Assembly: GCA_964639655.1 (NCBI GenBank)
Contig: CAZXHP010000005.1
Coordinates: forward strand, 1,815-57,904
DNA length: 56,090 nt
DNA from: an uncultured Mariniphaga sp.
GTDB taxonomy: Bacteria; Bacteroidota; Bacteroidia; Bacteroidales; Prolixibacteraceae
Reading direction: 5' to 3'
The notes under the pieces were generated by a model. The model saw only the letters and a program-made list of their open reading frames with translations, ran no database searches and was not told the origin of the DNA. The position numbers were made by a program, and so were the translations under genes. Shown here piece after piece: positions 45,653 through 55,914 of this stretch (positions within the stretch are counted from its first letter, which is position 1; each line of letters opens with the position of its first letter).

Positions 45653-46392
45653 TACCGGATTCCTGCAAGATAAAATCCGATATTCAGAAAAATATAGATC
45701 AAAATGGTGAGTGCCAGACCGTAAACATTTAGCGTGACGAGCAAAATAAGAGCAACCAGTACAAACAGGTAACGGTACCAGTTGTCCTGCCATTTCAGGT
45801 TTTTTACTTTTAACGAAAACATGGGAAGGGTAATCACCATCATTCCCGAAGTGAACAACCCGAGGAAAAGTAATATACGCGTGGAAAATAAGTGTTGAAA
45901 GAGTTCCTGATATTTGGGCACTTCCAGCATTAGTCCCATCGATGCCCAGAATATACCGTTCGACGGAATGGGTAGTCCGCGGAAAAACGGTTCGTCGGGC
46001 AGGGTATTAAACCTTGCCAGCCTAACTGCGCCCAGAACGGGCATTAGCAAAGCAGAAAAAAGGATAAGCCACTGGTCCCAACTGGCTGCAATGAGGTGAA
46101 TAGGCTGGTTTTTTCCGAACATCGAAAACTCGAGCAGGGTGAACAGTATAGCTGCCGGCGCCAGTCCAAACGAGACCAGATCGGCCAAAGAATCGAGTTG
46201 TTTGCCTACCTCTGAATACGCTTTTAAAAGCCGCGCTGCAAATCCGTCGATAAAATCGAAAACCGCGGCCAGGCAAATAAAAATTCCGGCCCAGATGAGG
46301 TGCCCGTCGATGGCAAAAATAACCGCCAGCGAACCTGCCGCCAGGTTCAGCGAAGTGATAAAATTGGGTATTTGCTTTATCACCTTGTTCAT
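45649..46392 (-). CDS. pssA: CDP-diacylglycerol--serine O-phosphatidyltransferase
   Basis: IPNFITSLN, FDFIDGFAARLL..SEVGKQLDSLADLVSFGLAPA, RLARFN and FRGLPIP. Confidence 0.95.
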   Translation of the reverse strand: MNKVIKQIPNFITSLNLAAGSLAVIFAIDGHLIWAGIFICLAAVFDFIDGFAARLLKAYSEVGKQLDSLADLVSFGLAPAAILFTLLEFSMFGKNQPIHLIAASWDQWLILFSALLMPVLGAVRLARFNTLPDEPFFRGLPIPSNGIFWASMGLMLEVPKYQELFQHLFSTRILLFLGLFTSGMMVITLPMFSLKVKNLKWQDNWYRYLFVLVALILLVTLNVYGLALTILIYIFLNIGFYLAGIRY

Positions 46393-46400
46393 GCTTCAAA

Positions 46401-47057
46401 TTATTTAAAAGCGGCAATAATCGTTTTGCCACCCACCGATTTCTGGTGCAACTCTACTTTAACCTCTGCGTCGGGCGGTAAAAACAGATCGACCCGCGAA
46501 CCGAACCGTATAAAACCGTACTCTTCGCCCTGTTCGGCCATCTGTCCCGGTTTTTTGCACGTAACAATACGCTGGGCAACTGTTCCGGCAATCTGGCGCG
46601 ACATCACTTCTGTGCCGTCTTTCAGTTTAAAAACGGTGGAACACCTTTCATTCAGTTCGGATGATTTTTTTACAAAGGCAGGATAATAAGCGCCAGGTTT
46701 GTGATGCTGATACACTACCTCGCCAGCTACCGGAGCTCTGTTTTGGTGCACGTTAAAAACCGACATGAAAATGGATACCTGCAGGCGTTCGTCTTTAAAA
46801 TATTCTTTTTCATTCACTTTTAAAATTTCTACAATTTCGCCATCGGCAGGCGCCAGCACGTGGCTTTCATTCGTTTCAATTTCGCGGTGCGGAACACGGA
46901 AGAAAAAAACTATTAACGCTGCAACCAACAGTGAAGCAGCCATCAGTAAATAGAAAACGAAATAATCGCGCAGCGTAAAATAAATAATAGCATCGATAAC
47001 GGCCAGAATAAAAAAGGCCACCGGGATTATTTTTTTTCCTTCGTTATGAATTTGCAT
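46401..47057 (-). CDS. psd: Phosphatidylserine decarboxylase proenzyme
   Basis: FFRVP.R, APADG, SIFMSVFNVH, QIAG and the FIRFGSRVD self-cleavage site. Confidence 0.95.
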   Translation of the reverse strand: MQIHNEGKKIIPVAFFILAVIDAIIYFTLRDYFVFYLLMAASLLVAALIVFFFRVPHREIETNESHVLAPADGEIVEILKVNEKEYFKDERLQVSIFMSVFNVHQNRAPVAGEVVYQHHKPGAYYPAFVKKSSELNERCSTVFKLKDGTEVMSRQIAGTVAQRIVTCKKPGQMAEQGEEYGFIRFGSRVDLFLPPDAEVKVELHQKSVGGKTIIAAFK

Positions 47058-47060
47058 ACA

Positions 47061-47888
47061 TTAAATATTACTTGACAAATTTAACCAAACATAAACAACC
47101 GGTATCACAAAAAGTAAACTATCGAACCTGTCGAGTAAACCTCCGTGACCGGGTAAAATTGTACCCGAATCTTTTACTTTCAGCCGTCGTTTGATGATGG
47201 ATTCGAAAAGGTCGCCTAAAGTACCGAAAACAATAACCAACAATGCGATTACGAGCCAGCTGAATGTGGGTATATGGTCGAAAATCAGCGAATTGACATA
47301 ACCGGTGATTAGCGAAAATACAGCCCCGCCGATGAATCCTTCCCAGGATTTGTTGGGTGATATTTTTTGATGAATTTTATGTTTTCCGAATTTCGAACCA
47401 AACAGGTAGGCCATGGAATCGTAAATCCAGACAATGAAGAATACCCCAATCAAAATTTTCGGATTAAAAACGGGAAAGTGTGGATAACCCGGGTGAACCA
47501 TAAAATTCAACAGGCTGAAAGGGATGGCCACATACACAAACCCGGTGAACGTAACCGCACTGTTTTGCAGGATAGCGGAGCGTTCGCTAAACGCTTCGAA
47601 AAGAAAAATAAAAATTAACGCGGGAATAAAAATGAGGTACGATTTGGAGGGCAGAATATCGTTGACCATTCCGAAACAAATGATGAAAAAAAGAATGCCC
47701 AGTGTTAGTCCGGTGTTTTTACGTGGCGAATTGCCGGCCTTTTCAAGCAACTGGTAAAATTCGAGCTGTGTAAGAAACAGTAATGCACCAAAAACCACTG
47801 CAAACAACAGCGGATGAATTGCCGCTCCTGCCAGCATCAGAAAAATATATACAATCCCTGTTAAGGATCGCCTGCTCAGGTCTTTCAA
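47061..47888 (-). CDS. cdsA: Phosphatidate cytidylyltransferase
   Basis: WIYDSMAY, ISPNKSWEG and GDLFESIIKRRLKVKDSGTILPGHGGLLDRFDS. Confidence 0.95.
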   Translation of the reverse strand: MKDLSRRSLTGIVYIFLMLAGAAIHPLLFAVVFGALLFLTQLEFYQLLEKAGNSPRKNTGLTLGILFFIICFGMVNDILPSKSYLIFIPALIFIFLFEAFSERSAILQNSAVTFTGFVYVAIPFSLLNFMVHPGYPHFPVFNPKILIGVFFIVWIYDSMAYLFGSKFGKHKIHQKISPNKSWEGFIGGAVFSLITGYVNSLIFDHIPTFSWLVIALLVIVFGTLGDLFESIIKRRLKVKDSGTILPGHGGLLDRFDSLLFVIPVVYVWLNLSSNI

Positions 47889-48091
47889 TTTTTGAGTCCT
47901 TTTAACAGTTCAAGCGCTTTTTGCTCTTCTGCTTCTTCAACATAAACCACAAAATCGCCAAACGACTGGTAAGCGGTATCGTGCTGATTCATAATCACTG
48001 CTTTCAGACCAGCATTTTCCAGAATATCTTTGGCCATGGTGGCTTTATATTCGTGCGCTGTAAGAAAAACCTCTTTCCATCCCTTTTCCAT
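47885..48091 (-). CDS. DUF2007-like small protein
   Basis: Start moved to ATG 48091 (MEKGWKEVF...AKDILENAGL...VYVEEAEEQKALELL) to avoid the ftsH overlap. Confidence 0.75.
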   Translation of the reverse strand: MEKGWKEVFLTAHEYKATMAKDILENAGLKAVIMNQHDTAYQSFGDFVVYVEEAEEQKALELLKGLKN

Positions 48092-48107
48092 AATTAACGA
48101 TTTTGGT

Positions 48108-50228
48108 TTATGCAGAAACAGTTTTGCCTTGAGGTTCAGTGTTTTCCTCTTTTTGTTTTGTTGTTTTTCCGGTCTTTTTTTTCCCGGCGGGCTCCGGTGT
48201 TTCTGCCGAAACATCCGGATTGGTTTTATCCGGGCCGTTTTCGTTTTCAATCAGTTTTTTATCCCATGGTCTTTTCCCGAAAATTTGCTCGAGGTCTTCG
48301 CTGAAAATGACTTCGAGTTCCAGAAGTTTTTCGGCAAGTTTTTGGTGCCCGTCGGTATGTTCTTTTAATATTTTTTTGGCCCTTTTGTACTGTTCATCAA
48401 TTATCCTTTTGATTTCTTCATCGATGAGTACTGCCGTTTTTTCGCTGTACGGTTTGGTAAACGCGTAGTCCGATTGCCCGGTGGAATCGTAATAACTTAC
48501 GTTTCCAACTTTTTCACTCATTCCGAAATAGCTCACCATAGCATACGCTTGTTTGGTTACTTTTTCCAGGTCGTTTTGCGCACCCGAAGAAACTCTTCCG
48601 AAAATCAGTTCCTCTGCGGCCCGCCCGCCCAGGGCAGAGCACATTTCGTCGAGCAGTTGCTCTTTGGTTGTGATGGAGCGTTCTTCGGGAAGGTACCAGG
48701 CTGCGCCCAGTGCTTTCCCGCGGGGAACAATCGTTACTTTTACCAGCGGGTGTGCATGTTCGAGCAGCCAGCTTATTGAAGCGTGACCTGCCTCGTGGTA
48801 GGCAATGGTTTTCTTTTCGTCTTTCGAAATAATTTTGTTCTTTTTTTCCAGGCCTCCTATAATCCGGTCAACCGCATCGAGGAAATCCTGTTTGGTTACT
48901 GCTTCGCGGTTTTTACGTGCCGCAATAAGCGCTGCTTCGTTACAAACGTTGGCAATATCGGCTCCCGAAAACCCGGGGGTCTGTTTGGCCAGAAATTCAA
49001 CTTTTACATCTTCACTTAATTTGAGTGGCCGGAGATGCACTTTAAATATTTCGCCACGCTCGTTCAAATCGGGCAATTCAACATGAATCTGCCGGTCGAA
49101 CCTTCCGGCACGCATTAGTGCGCGGTCGAGAATATCGGCGCGGTTGGTGGCGGCAAGAATAATTACGCCGCTGTTGGTATCAAATCCGTCCATTTCTGTA
49201 AGCAGCTGGTTGAGTGTGTTTTCACGCTCGTCGTTGGAGCCGAAATTGGGATTTTTACCCCTGGCGCGACCAATGGCATCTATTTCATCAATAAAAATGA
49301 TGCACGGTGCTTTTTCCTTGGCCTGCTTAAACAAGTCGCGCACACGCGATGCGCCAACACCTACAAACATTTCCACAAAATCGGAACCTGACATGGAGAA
49401 AAACGGAACACTTGCTTCGCCGGCTACGGCGCGGGCAAGCAGTGTTTTTCCCGTTCCGGGAGGGCCGACAAGCAAAGCTCCTTTGGGAATTTTTCCGCCC
49501 AGTTTGGTAAACTTCGCCGGATTTTTCAGAAACTCCACAATCTCTTCCACTTCCTGTTTGGCCTCTGCCAGACCGGCGACATCTTTAAAAGTTGTGGTTA
49601 CTTTCTGGTCTTTGTCGAATATTTTTGCCTGCGATTTTCCAACATTGAAAATTCCTCCGGCGCCTCCTCCGGCACCCCGGCTCATCCTCCTGAAAATCCA
49701 CAACCAAAGTAAAATAATCAGCACAAATGGTCCCACGGTCCAAAGAATCTCACCTGCCCAGTTCCGTTCTTCCCGGTATTCCGGTAAAATCTCATCAGCC
49801 GAACCTTCCTGCGCTTCCCGCAGGTTGCGTTCAAAGGTTTCAACCGAACCGATAGTAAAGGTAAAATGTGGCCCGTCTTCAGCTGGCCTGGAAAAATGCT
49901 CGCTAAACTGGGGTTCATATTTCTGCAGACTATTTTTTTTGATGTAAATGTTGGCTTTTTTTTCGTTAACCACAACAATACGCTCAATGTCGTTGCTGGC
50001 CAGCATGGTCGATTTTACCTCGCTCCAGTTGGTTTCAACCGGGTTGCTGGACGAGCTCAGGTAATACTGGACTCCAATAAAAATAACGGCAATTAATCCG
50101 TAAACCCAGTAAGCATTGAATTTAGGCCCTTTTGGATTTTTTTTGTCCGTTTTTTTGCTGCTCCCGGTAAACGGGTTTCCGGGAGAAGGGGGGGGCGTTT
50201 GTTTTTTATTTTTGTTGATTTCTGCCAT
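48108..50228 (-). CDS. ftsH: ATP-dependent zinc metalloprotease FtsH
   Basis: Two TM segments, Walker A GPPGTGKT, Walker [30 protein letters not shown] and HEAGH. Confidence 0.98.
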   Translation of the reverse strand: MAEINKNKKQTPPPSPGNPFTGSSKKTDKKNPKGPKFNAYWVYGLIAVIFIGVQYYLSSSSNPVETNWSEVKSTMLASNDIERIVVVNEKKANIYIKKNSLQKYEPQFSEHFSRPAEDGPHFTFTIGSVETFERNLREAQEGSADEILPEYREERNWAGEILWTVGPFVLIILLWLWIFRRMSRGAGGGAGGIFNVGKSQAKIFDKDQKVTTTFKDVAGLAEAKQEVEEIVEFLKNPAKFTKLGGKIPKGALLVGPPGTGKTLLARAVAGEASVPFFSMSGSDFVEMFVGVGASRVRDLFKQAKEKAPCIIFIDEIDAIGRARGKNPNFGSNDERENTLNQLLTEMDGFDTNSGVIILAATNRADILDRALMRAGRFDRQIHVELPDLNERGEIFKVHLRPLKLSEDVKVEFLAKQTPGFSGADIANVCNEAALIAARKNREAVTKQDFLDAVDRIIGGLEKKNKIISKDEKKTIAYHEAGHASISWLLEHAHPLVKVTIVPRGKALGAAWYLPEERSITTKEQLLDEMCSALGGRAAEELIFGRVSSGAQNDLEKVTKQAYAMVSYFGMSEKVGNVSYYDSTGQSDYAFTKPYSEKTAVLIDEEIKRIIDEQYKRAKKILKEHTDGHQKLAEKLLELEVIFSEDLEQIFGKRPWDKKLIENENGPDKTNPDVSAETPEPAGKKKTGKTTKQKEENTEPQGKTVSA

Positions 50229-50237
50229 ATCTTATTT

Positions 50238-50609
50238 CTAATTTTCTGATTCTGTGTGAATTATTTTTGCATCTGCCCAAAGCCCTTCGAGGTTATAAAA
50301 ATGTCTGGCCTGTTCATGAAAAACGTGTACTACAATTTCTCCGTAATCGAGTAAAACCCAAATCGAATTTTTGTAGCCTTCGGCGTGCCAAACCTTTTCC
50401 CCTGTTGCTGCTTCAACTGTTTCTTCTACCGACTGTGCTATCGCACTTACTTGTGTAGATGAAGTTCCGTGGCAAATTATAAAATAACCACATTCAGTAT
50501 AATGAATAGTATTTAAATCAATTATTGTTATCGTTTTTCCTTTTATTTTTCTTATTCCTTCAAGAATTGAATCTTTTAATTTTTCTGTAATTTCTTCGTT
50601 TTTGTTCAT
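50238..50609 (-). CDS. rsfS: Ribosome silencing factor
   Basis: YFIICHGTSSTQV and WVLLDYGEIVVHVF...FYNLEGLW. ATG 50609, with a minus-strand TATCTTTG -7 element at 50628-50635. Confidence 0.94.
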   Translation of the reverse strand: MNKNEEITEKLKDSILEGIRKIKGKTITIIDLNTIHYTECGYFIICHGTSSTQVSAIAQSVEETVEAATGEKVWHAEGYKNSIWVLLDYGEIVVHVFHEQARHFYNLEGLWADAKIIHTESEN

Positions 50610-50767
50610 ACACAATTTTTAACCCTACAAAGATATATTTTTTGCCTTACTTCTATTTTGTATTTTTCAATTCGCTTTTTGATTTGCAGTTTGCAATAAA
50701 AAAAAATCTGCAATTTTGTACTTTTTATAACCCGGAAAATAAAATTAAGTTTCAAAGCAGGGTAATA

Positions 50768-51511
50768 ATGCAAACTGAAAATAAAAATTGTATCGTATTA
50801 AGCGAAACGGATTCAACCAACAACTATGCCAATAGGCTAATTACGGCGGGAAAGGCAGTAGAGGGGGCTGTCGTTTTGTCACACTTTCAGCAAAAGGGCA
50901 GGGGCCAGCGCGGAAACAGCTGGGAAAGTACTTTTGGAGAAAATATGCTGGCCACTATTATTCTGTTTCCCCGGTTTTTACCGGCGGGAAGTCAGTTTTA
51001 CCTCTCCAAAATTACCAGTCTGGCATTGGTCGATTGGTTAAAGCCCAAAGTAAACGGCGTTTCAATAAAGTGGCCCAACGATATTTACGTAGAGAATGGT
51101 AAAATTGCCGGAATTCTGATTGAAACGTCCATTCAGGGAAATTATTTTCATTCCGCGGTCATTGGAATTGGACTGAATTTGAACCAGCTTGATTTTTCTT
51201 GCCAACTACCCAATCCGGTTTCGCTGAAAAAGCTGACAGGAGAGGAGTTTAACCCGGAAACAACAGCCGGCGAAGTGCGGGATATTTTTATGCGTTGGTA
51301 CCAAAAGCTGAAAGACGGTTTAACCGAAGAAATCGACGCCTGTTATTTCGGCAATTTATTTCGAAAAAATGCGTGGGCGCAGTTCAGAAAAAATGAAACG
51401 CTTTTTGAAGCCCGGATTCTCGGTATTGGAGAATACGGGCAGCTACTTTTGGCAGACCGCGCGGGAAATCAATCGTCTTATCTGTTTAAAGAAATTGAGT
51501 TTGTAATTTGA
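50768..51511 (+). CDS. birA: Biotin--[acetyl-CoA-carboxylase] ligase (no HTH)
   Basis: ETDSTN, QQKGRGQRGNSW, IKWPND, KIAGILIE and GIGLN. ATG 50768 chosen as start. Confidence 0.95.
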   Translation: MQTENKNCIVLSETDSTNNYANRLITAGKAVEGAVVLSHFQQKGRGQRGNSWESTFGENMLATIILFPRFLPAGSQFYLSKITSLALVDWLKPKVNGVSIKWPNDIYVENGKIAGILIETSIQGNYFHSAVIGIGLNLNQLDFSCQLPNPVSLKKLTGEEFNPETTAGEVRDIFMRWYQKLKDGLTEEIDACYFGNLFRKNAWAQFRKNETLFEARILGIGEYGQLLLADRAGNQSSYLFKEIEFVI

Positions 51512-51514
51512 TGA

Positions 51515-51964
51515 TTACTTGTAGGGCAGATTTTTCAAGGTTTCCGCCAATTGGTTAATACCTTCTTCCAGTTTGTTGCCCACTACCATTTTCATCATCA
51601 TATTTAAGTCGGCATGCAGGGTTAACCGCATTTTGGTTTGAAAGGCCGAAATGGGCAACAGCTGAATCCAGAAAGTTATACTTAACGGTAGTCCGCCCGA
51701 ACTTTCCACTTTAATGGTTTTATGGGGTTCGCGGTTTACAATGCGAATTTGTGCCAGTCCCATACCGGTAATATTGAACTTGCACGAATCACGATCCGAT
51801 TCGAAATCGCTGATTTTTACCTGCGGAATTTGTTTGGTGATTTTTTCTATCAATCCCGAGTTCAGGTATTCCGAAAGGTTTTCGAAATTGGAAAGGTAAT
51901 CGAAAACAATTTGCTGATTGTGATCGATGAGTTTAACTTCGCTTACGTATTTGTGGATTGTCAT
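51515..51964 (-). CDS. SRPBCC (START/CoxG-like) family protein
   Basis: 149 aa. VFDYLSNFENL N-terminus and a C-terminal helix (MMKMVVGNKLEEGINQLAETL). Lies downstream of pyrE. Confidence 0.75.
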   Translation of the reverse strand: MTIHKYVSEVKLIDHNQQIVFDYLSNFENLSEYLNSGLIEKITKQIPQVKISDFESDRDSCKFNITGMGLAQIRIVNREPHKTIKVESSGGLPLSITFWIQLLPISAFQTKMRLTLHADLNMMMKMVVGNKLEEGINQLAETLKNLPYK

Positions 51965-51969
51965 AATTG

Positions 51970-52365
51970 TTAATTTTTCCTATAATGATAGAGTTTAAGT
52001 TCTTTCATAAACCTAAAATCTTTGGTATTCAATGTAAAAAGTTCAAGCTGATATGCAATAGCTGTTGAGGCAATTAGAGCGTCTGGAATTTTGAGTCCGT
52101 GACTTAATGAATATTTTGACATCAAGTTTAGAAAGATTTCACCCGCATCATTATTTAAATAAATGCTTTTCAGGCTTTTTATATCTTTTTGAATTTGATG
52201 AAGTTCCCGTTTGTTTAATGCCCCAAAAATGAGCTCACCGGCAGTGATAATACTGATACCAATATGTTTTTTTCCAATTTTATGCAGTTCTGAAATAATT
52301 TCCTGATTATTTCGGTATAATTCGATGATAACATCTGTATCACATAGAATTACTTCCTGTTCCAT
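51970..52365 (-). CDS. vapC: VapC/PIN-domain toxin
   Basis: ILCDTDVII, SIITAGEL, IPDALIASTA and FTLNTKDF. Confidence 0.9.
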   Translation of the reverse strand: MEQEVILCDTDVIIELYRNNQEIISELHKIGKKHIGISIITAGELIFGALNKRELHQIQKDIKSLKSIYLNNDAGEIFLNLMSKYSLSHGLKIPDALIASTAIAYQLELFTLNTKDFRFMKELKLYHYRKN

Positions 52366-52553
52366 GCTTCATCTCTTAACTGACGCGCATTTATATTTCT
52401 CCCTTCCCACAATCCTGCTGAATCAAAAATATTATGGTCAGATTTTATTTCCTTTTTTTCTTTTTTCATTTCAACAAAATCAAGCTGTTTTAGCAATTGC
52501 TTCAGAAACTTTACTTTGCTTTTGTCTTTTATTTTTAATGTAATTTCTTCCAT
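52350..52553 (-). CDS. Putative antitoxin of the VapC gene
   Basis: 67 aa, overlaps vapC by 16 nt. C-terminal AGLWEGR...RQLRDEAW resembles PIN-associated antitoxins. Confidence 0.75.
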   Translation of the reverse strand: MEEITLKIKDKSKVKFLKQLLKQLDFVEMKKEKKEIKSDHNIFDSAGLWEGRNINARQLRDEAWNRK

Positions 52554-52586
52554 TATCTTGAATTATTTCATAAAAATAAGAAAAAA

Positions 52587-53222
52587 TTATTTCTTTCCCC
52601 AGTTTGCCGGATCGCGGCGCCATTCCATTAAGGTTTCAATCTGGTCTTTTGATATTTCTCCCGCTTCAAGTGCTGTGTCTATTAACACCTGGTAGCGGCT
52701 GAGCGGTGTAAGTTCGATGTTGGCCTTTTTAAATTGTTCCTGCGCAACGTCGAAATTATAGGTGAAAATGGAGAGCATGCCAATTACTTCGCCTCCGAAG
52801 TTATTTACAGCTTCAACCGCTTTCAGGCTGCTGCCACCGGTGGAAACCAAATCTTCAATCACTACTACTTTTTGTCCCGGTTTCAGATCGCCTTCTATGA
52901 GGTTTTCCAGTCCGTGACCTTTTGGTTTCGACCGAATGTAAATAAATGGCAATCCCATTTTATCGGCTACCAAAACGCCGTGCGCAATGGCTCCGGTGGC
53001 CACTCCGGCAATAACTTCTGCCTGGGGATATTTTTCTTGAATAATTTCCACAAATTTGTCGCGGATATACGAACGGGTTTCGGGAAACGACAAAATTTTC
53101 CGATTGTCGCAGTATATGGGCGATTTCCAGCCCGATGCCCAGGTGAACGGGCTTAACGGCTGAATTTTAATGGTATCTATCTCGAGGAGTTTTTTTGTGA
53201 CTTCAATTTGTGTCCGTTCCAT
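52587..53222 (-). CDS. pyrE: Orotate phosphoribosyltransferase
   Basis: PFTWASGWKSPIYCDNR, GVATG, YIRSKPKGHG and the VVVIEDLVSTGGS PRPP motif. ATG 53222. Confidence 0.96.
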   Translation of the reverse strand: MERTQIEVTKKLLEIDTIKIQPLSPFTWASGWKSPIYCDNRKILSFPETRSYIRDKFVEIIQEKYPQAEVIAGVATGAIAHGVLVADKMGLPFIYIRSKPKGHGLENLIEGDLKPGQKVVVIEDLVSTGGSSLKAVEAVNNFGGEVIGMLSIFTYNFDVAQEQFKKANIELTPLSRYQVLIDTALEAGEISKDQIETLMEWRRDPANWGKK

Positions 53223-53259
53223 AATCTGACGTAATGTTTTAAACGATATAATTTTAACA

Positions 53260-53889
53260 ATGAAACAAATGTATAAAGTTTTTTGGAATGACAGGTTGAT
53301 TGAAATTTGTGCCCCGGAGAATAGCAAAAAAAATAACCTGACGGTAAAATTTGATGAAATGGCGGGCACGGAAGCAATTCGGAAATGGTTTGCTGAGTTT
53401 GTTGCTCAAAATTCAAAAAAAGTTATGCTGGTTCATTCCAATCCCAACCATTTATTTCAGGTGTTTCGTTCGGTTTTTCAGGAATTGCCGGCTGCAGGAG
53501 GCGTGGTTAAACGCGAAAACCAACTGCTTTTTATTTTTCGAAACGGAAAGTGGGATTTGCCTAAAGGAAAAATCGATAAAGGTGAAACTCCGCCGGTTGC
53601 TGCCCTGCGCGAAGTTTCAGAAGAATGCGGAATCTCCGGCCAACGAATTGTTAAACAACTGCCTTCAACCTATCACATTTACGAGTCGCCTTATTCGAAA
53701 ACCAAAGGGCAATGGATTTTTAAAGAAACTTTTTGGTTTGAAATGAATTACGGTGGAGCCGGCGAAATAGCCCCGCAAATTGAAGAAGGAATAACTGAAG
53801 TAAAATGGTTGCAGAAAAATAAACTGGATGAAGTACTGGCCAATACTTACGAGAACCTGAAGCAGATCATTTTGCTTTATTGCGATTGA
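53260..53889 (+). CDS. NUDIX hydrolase
   Basis: AAGGVV and the Nudix box WDLPKGKIDKGETPPVAALREVSEECG. Start is 53260 or 53269 (MYKVF). Confidence 0.92.
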   Translation: MKQMYKVFWNDRLIEICAPENSKKNNLTVKFDEMAGTEAIRKWFAEFVAQNSKKVMLVHSNPNHLFQVFRSVFQELPAAGGVVKRENQLLFIFRNGKWDLPKGKIDKGETPPVAALREVSEECGISGQRIVKQLPSTYHIYESPYSKTKGQWIFKETFWFEMNYGGAGEIAPQIEEGITEVKWLQKNKLDEVLANTYENLKQIILLYCD

Positions 53890-55298
53890 TTCCGTTGCCG
53901 TTCGAACAGTTCCTGCCTGAGAAAGGCGCCAAACTGCTGCTCAAATCCGTCGAGTGGTGCTTTCGTCTGCTGAAAAACCACTTCGTGGTTTTCGTTCAGC
54001 AAAAAACAGGTGGGAAACGATTTTACCCTGTATTTTTCAATGAATTCCCCGGTTTCGTCCACCAGATGAATTCCCGGAATATTTTCCTTATCCAGGAACA
54101 TTTTCATTTCAATGAGGTCGGTTTTGCGCAGCACCACAATAATTTCGAGGTATTTCTGAAACTGTTCTTCGGTGCGTGTCAGGTATTTCAGGTGTTCGCG
54201 GCACACAATCATTTCGGTATCGGCAAAAACCAGGTATTTGAATTTTTTTTCTTCCTCCTGACTTTCGTTGGTGCAAACCCGGTGGCCGTCGGTATTTTTC
54301 AAACAAATTACCGGAGCCGGAGTTCCCTTTTTCAGAAATTCCAGTTTTTCCAGAATATTTTGCGAAATTTCCCTGATGGTGCTTTCGGAATGTTCTCGAA
54401 AAACAGGTGAGCCAACCATTCTCGTAATATCATCCTGCGCAAAATCTCCCGAGTAAAAAGCGTCGTGCAACATTTTCAGCAAAGCCAAATCGCCGGGCAA
54501 CCCTTCCACTTTATAGTTTTCTTTTAGAAAATTTTTAAGAAAGGAAATGTTTCCGGATGCAACGGCCTGCCGGACAGCGTTCCCGTTCACCGCGCGGGCT
54601 TCAAAACTCAGTTTGCCGGCAAAAGTTTTATCAAAAAGCTGAATAAATGCAGGGTAGTTGATAATCTGCAAATCGAAGTCCTGAAACACCGGTGAAATTT
54701 TTTCGGGCTCCAAACGAAAAGCATCGGCTTCCACAGCCTTCAGTTTTAATTTTTTATGCCAGGTGAAAACCGAATTGGCCGCCTCTCCAAATTCATTTTC
54801 GAGCGTGTATTGCAGCGAATCGAAAACAGTTTTCGACTGACTGAAATAGAGCCGGTTGAAATAGCGGTCGGTTAGTTCGTTTAGTTTTGAATCGAATTTT
54901 GAAACCAGATCGTTTAGTGCGCTGCCGTTTTGTGTGGCAAACCAAAATTCTACGGGTTGAAAATAGGGATTTTTACTGTCGGCAAACGACCTTTCCCTGC
55001 GCGGTGGCAACAGCAGGTTCAACGTCTTGTCGGGCTCCAGAAATAACAGCCCGCGATAAATGCCAAATTCGGCAAACACAAAAGTGGTTTGGCTTACGTT
55101 TACATCAGTTGAAAAATTGCCGTCGTTATCGATTTCCAATGTAAACACCGGTTTTTTTTCCTGGGTAACCGGATTTGCGTATTGGAAAAACTGGAGCTGT
55201 TTTCCGGCGTATTCCTGATTTTTACCCTGAATGGTGGTTGCAGAATTTATGATCCCGGAGAAAAGAAAAAAAATTGCAAGCAAAATTTGTTTCTGCAT
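53877..55298 (-). CDS. Secreted protein with C-terminal thioredoxin-like (TlpA/redoxin) domain
   Basis: Sec signal. C-terminal GTPAP..L...G, YLVFAD...C and YRVKSFPTCFLL (cis-Pro motif). No intact CxxC. Confidence 0.7.
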   Translation of the reverse strand: MQKQILLAIFFLFSGIINSATTIQGKNQEYAGKQLQFFQYANPVTQEKKPVFTLEIDNDGNFSTDVNVSQTTFVFAEFGIYRGLLFLEPDKTLNLLLPPRRERSFADSKNPYFQPVEFWFATQNGSALNDLVSKFDSKLNELTDRYFNRLYFSQSKTVFDSLQYTLENEFGEAANSVFTWHKKLKLKAVEADAFRLEPEKISPVFQDFDLQIINYPAFIQLFDKTFAGKLSFEARAVNGNAVRQAVASGNISFLKNFLKENYKVEGLPGDLALLKMLHDAFYSGDFAQDDITRMVGSPVFREHSESTIREISQNILEKLEFLKKGTPAPVICLKNTDGHRVCTNESQEEEKKFKYLVFADTEMIVCREHLKYLTRTEEQFQKYLEIIVVLRKTDLIEMKMFLDKENIPGIHLVDETGEFIEKYRVKSFPTCFLLNENHEVVFQQTKAPLDGFEQQFGAFLRQELFERQRNQSQ

Positions 55299-55305
55299 CC
55301 AAAAC

Positions 55306-55788
55306 CTATTTGTTATTTTTCAATTTAAACTCGTTCATATCGAGGCCTTTGGGAAGGAACATGCTGGCGTCGCCACCGTGGAAAACAATGTCGCGGATGA
55401 TAGTGGCATTCACCGGAGTATGTTCCGGCAAAGTCAGCAGAAATACTGTTTCAATTTCGGGGTGCATTTTTTTATTCACCTGCGCAATTGCCCGTTCGTA
55501 TTCAAAATCCGAAGAAGTACGCAACCCGCGTAAAATATATCCGGCGCCCACTTCCTTACAAAAATCTACAGTCAGCCCCTCGTGGACGCGCACTTCCACT
55601 TTATCCACATTTTGAAAAACCTGGTTGATCCACTTCAACCGTTTTTCCAGTGGGAAAAACGATTTTTTGTTGGCGTTGAAACCAATCATCACGATTATTT
55701 TGTCGAACATGGGTATGGCACGCCGTACAATGGATTCGTGGCCTATGGTAAACGGATCGAAAGAACCGGGAAATATGGCTGTTTTCAT
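55306..55788 (-). CDS. coaD: Phosphopantetheine adenylyltransferase
   Basis: AIFPGSFDPFTIGH, ILRGLRTSSDFEYE and IETVFL. Confidence 0.97.
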   Translation of the reverse strand: MKTAIFPGSFDPFTIGHESIVRRAIPMFDKIIVMIGFNANKKSFFPLEKRLKWINQVFQNVDKVEVRVHEGLTVDFCKEVGAGYILRGLRTSSDFEYERAIAQVNKKMHPEIETVFLLTLPEHTPVNATIIRDIVFHGGDASMFLPKGLDMNEFKLKNNK

Positions 55789-55914
55789 TATAACAAATTA
55801 TCTGTTAATACCAAAAAACATTGAAGTTGTTGGCATAACTCATTATTTTATTGGGGCAAATTTAATGATTAATGCTTAAATCGTTTTATTTTGACCGTTT
55901 AAAAGAAATACCGG

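Noticed and set aside
49144..49947. 267-aa plus-strand ORF
   Set aside because: It is a typical antisense open frame opposite the conserved FtsH AAA domain.
50188..50195. G8 tract in the ftsH 5' region as a contingency locus
   Set aside because: It encodes a Pro-rich linker in a normally essential gene and the frame is intact.
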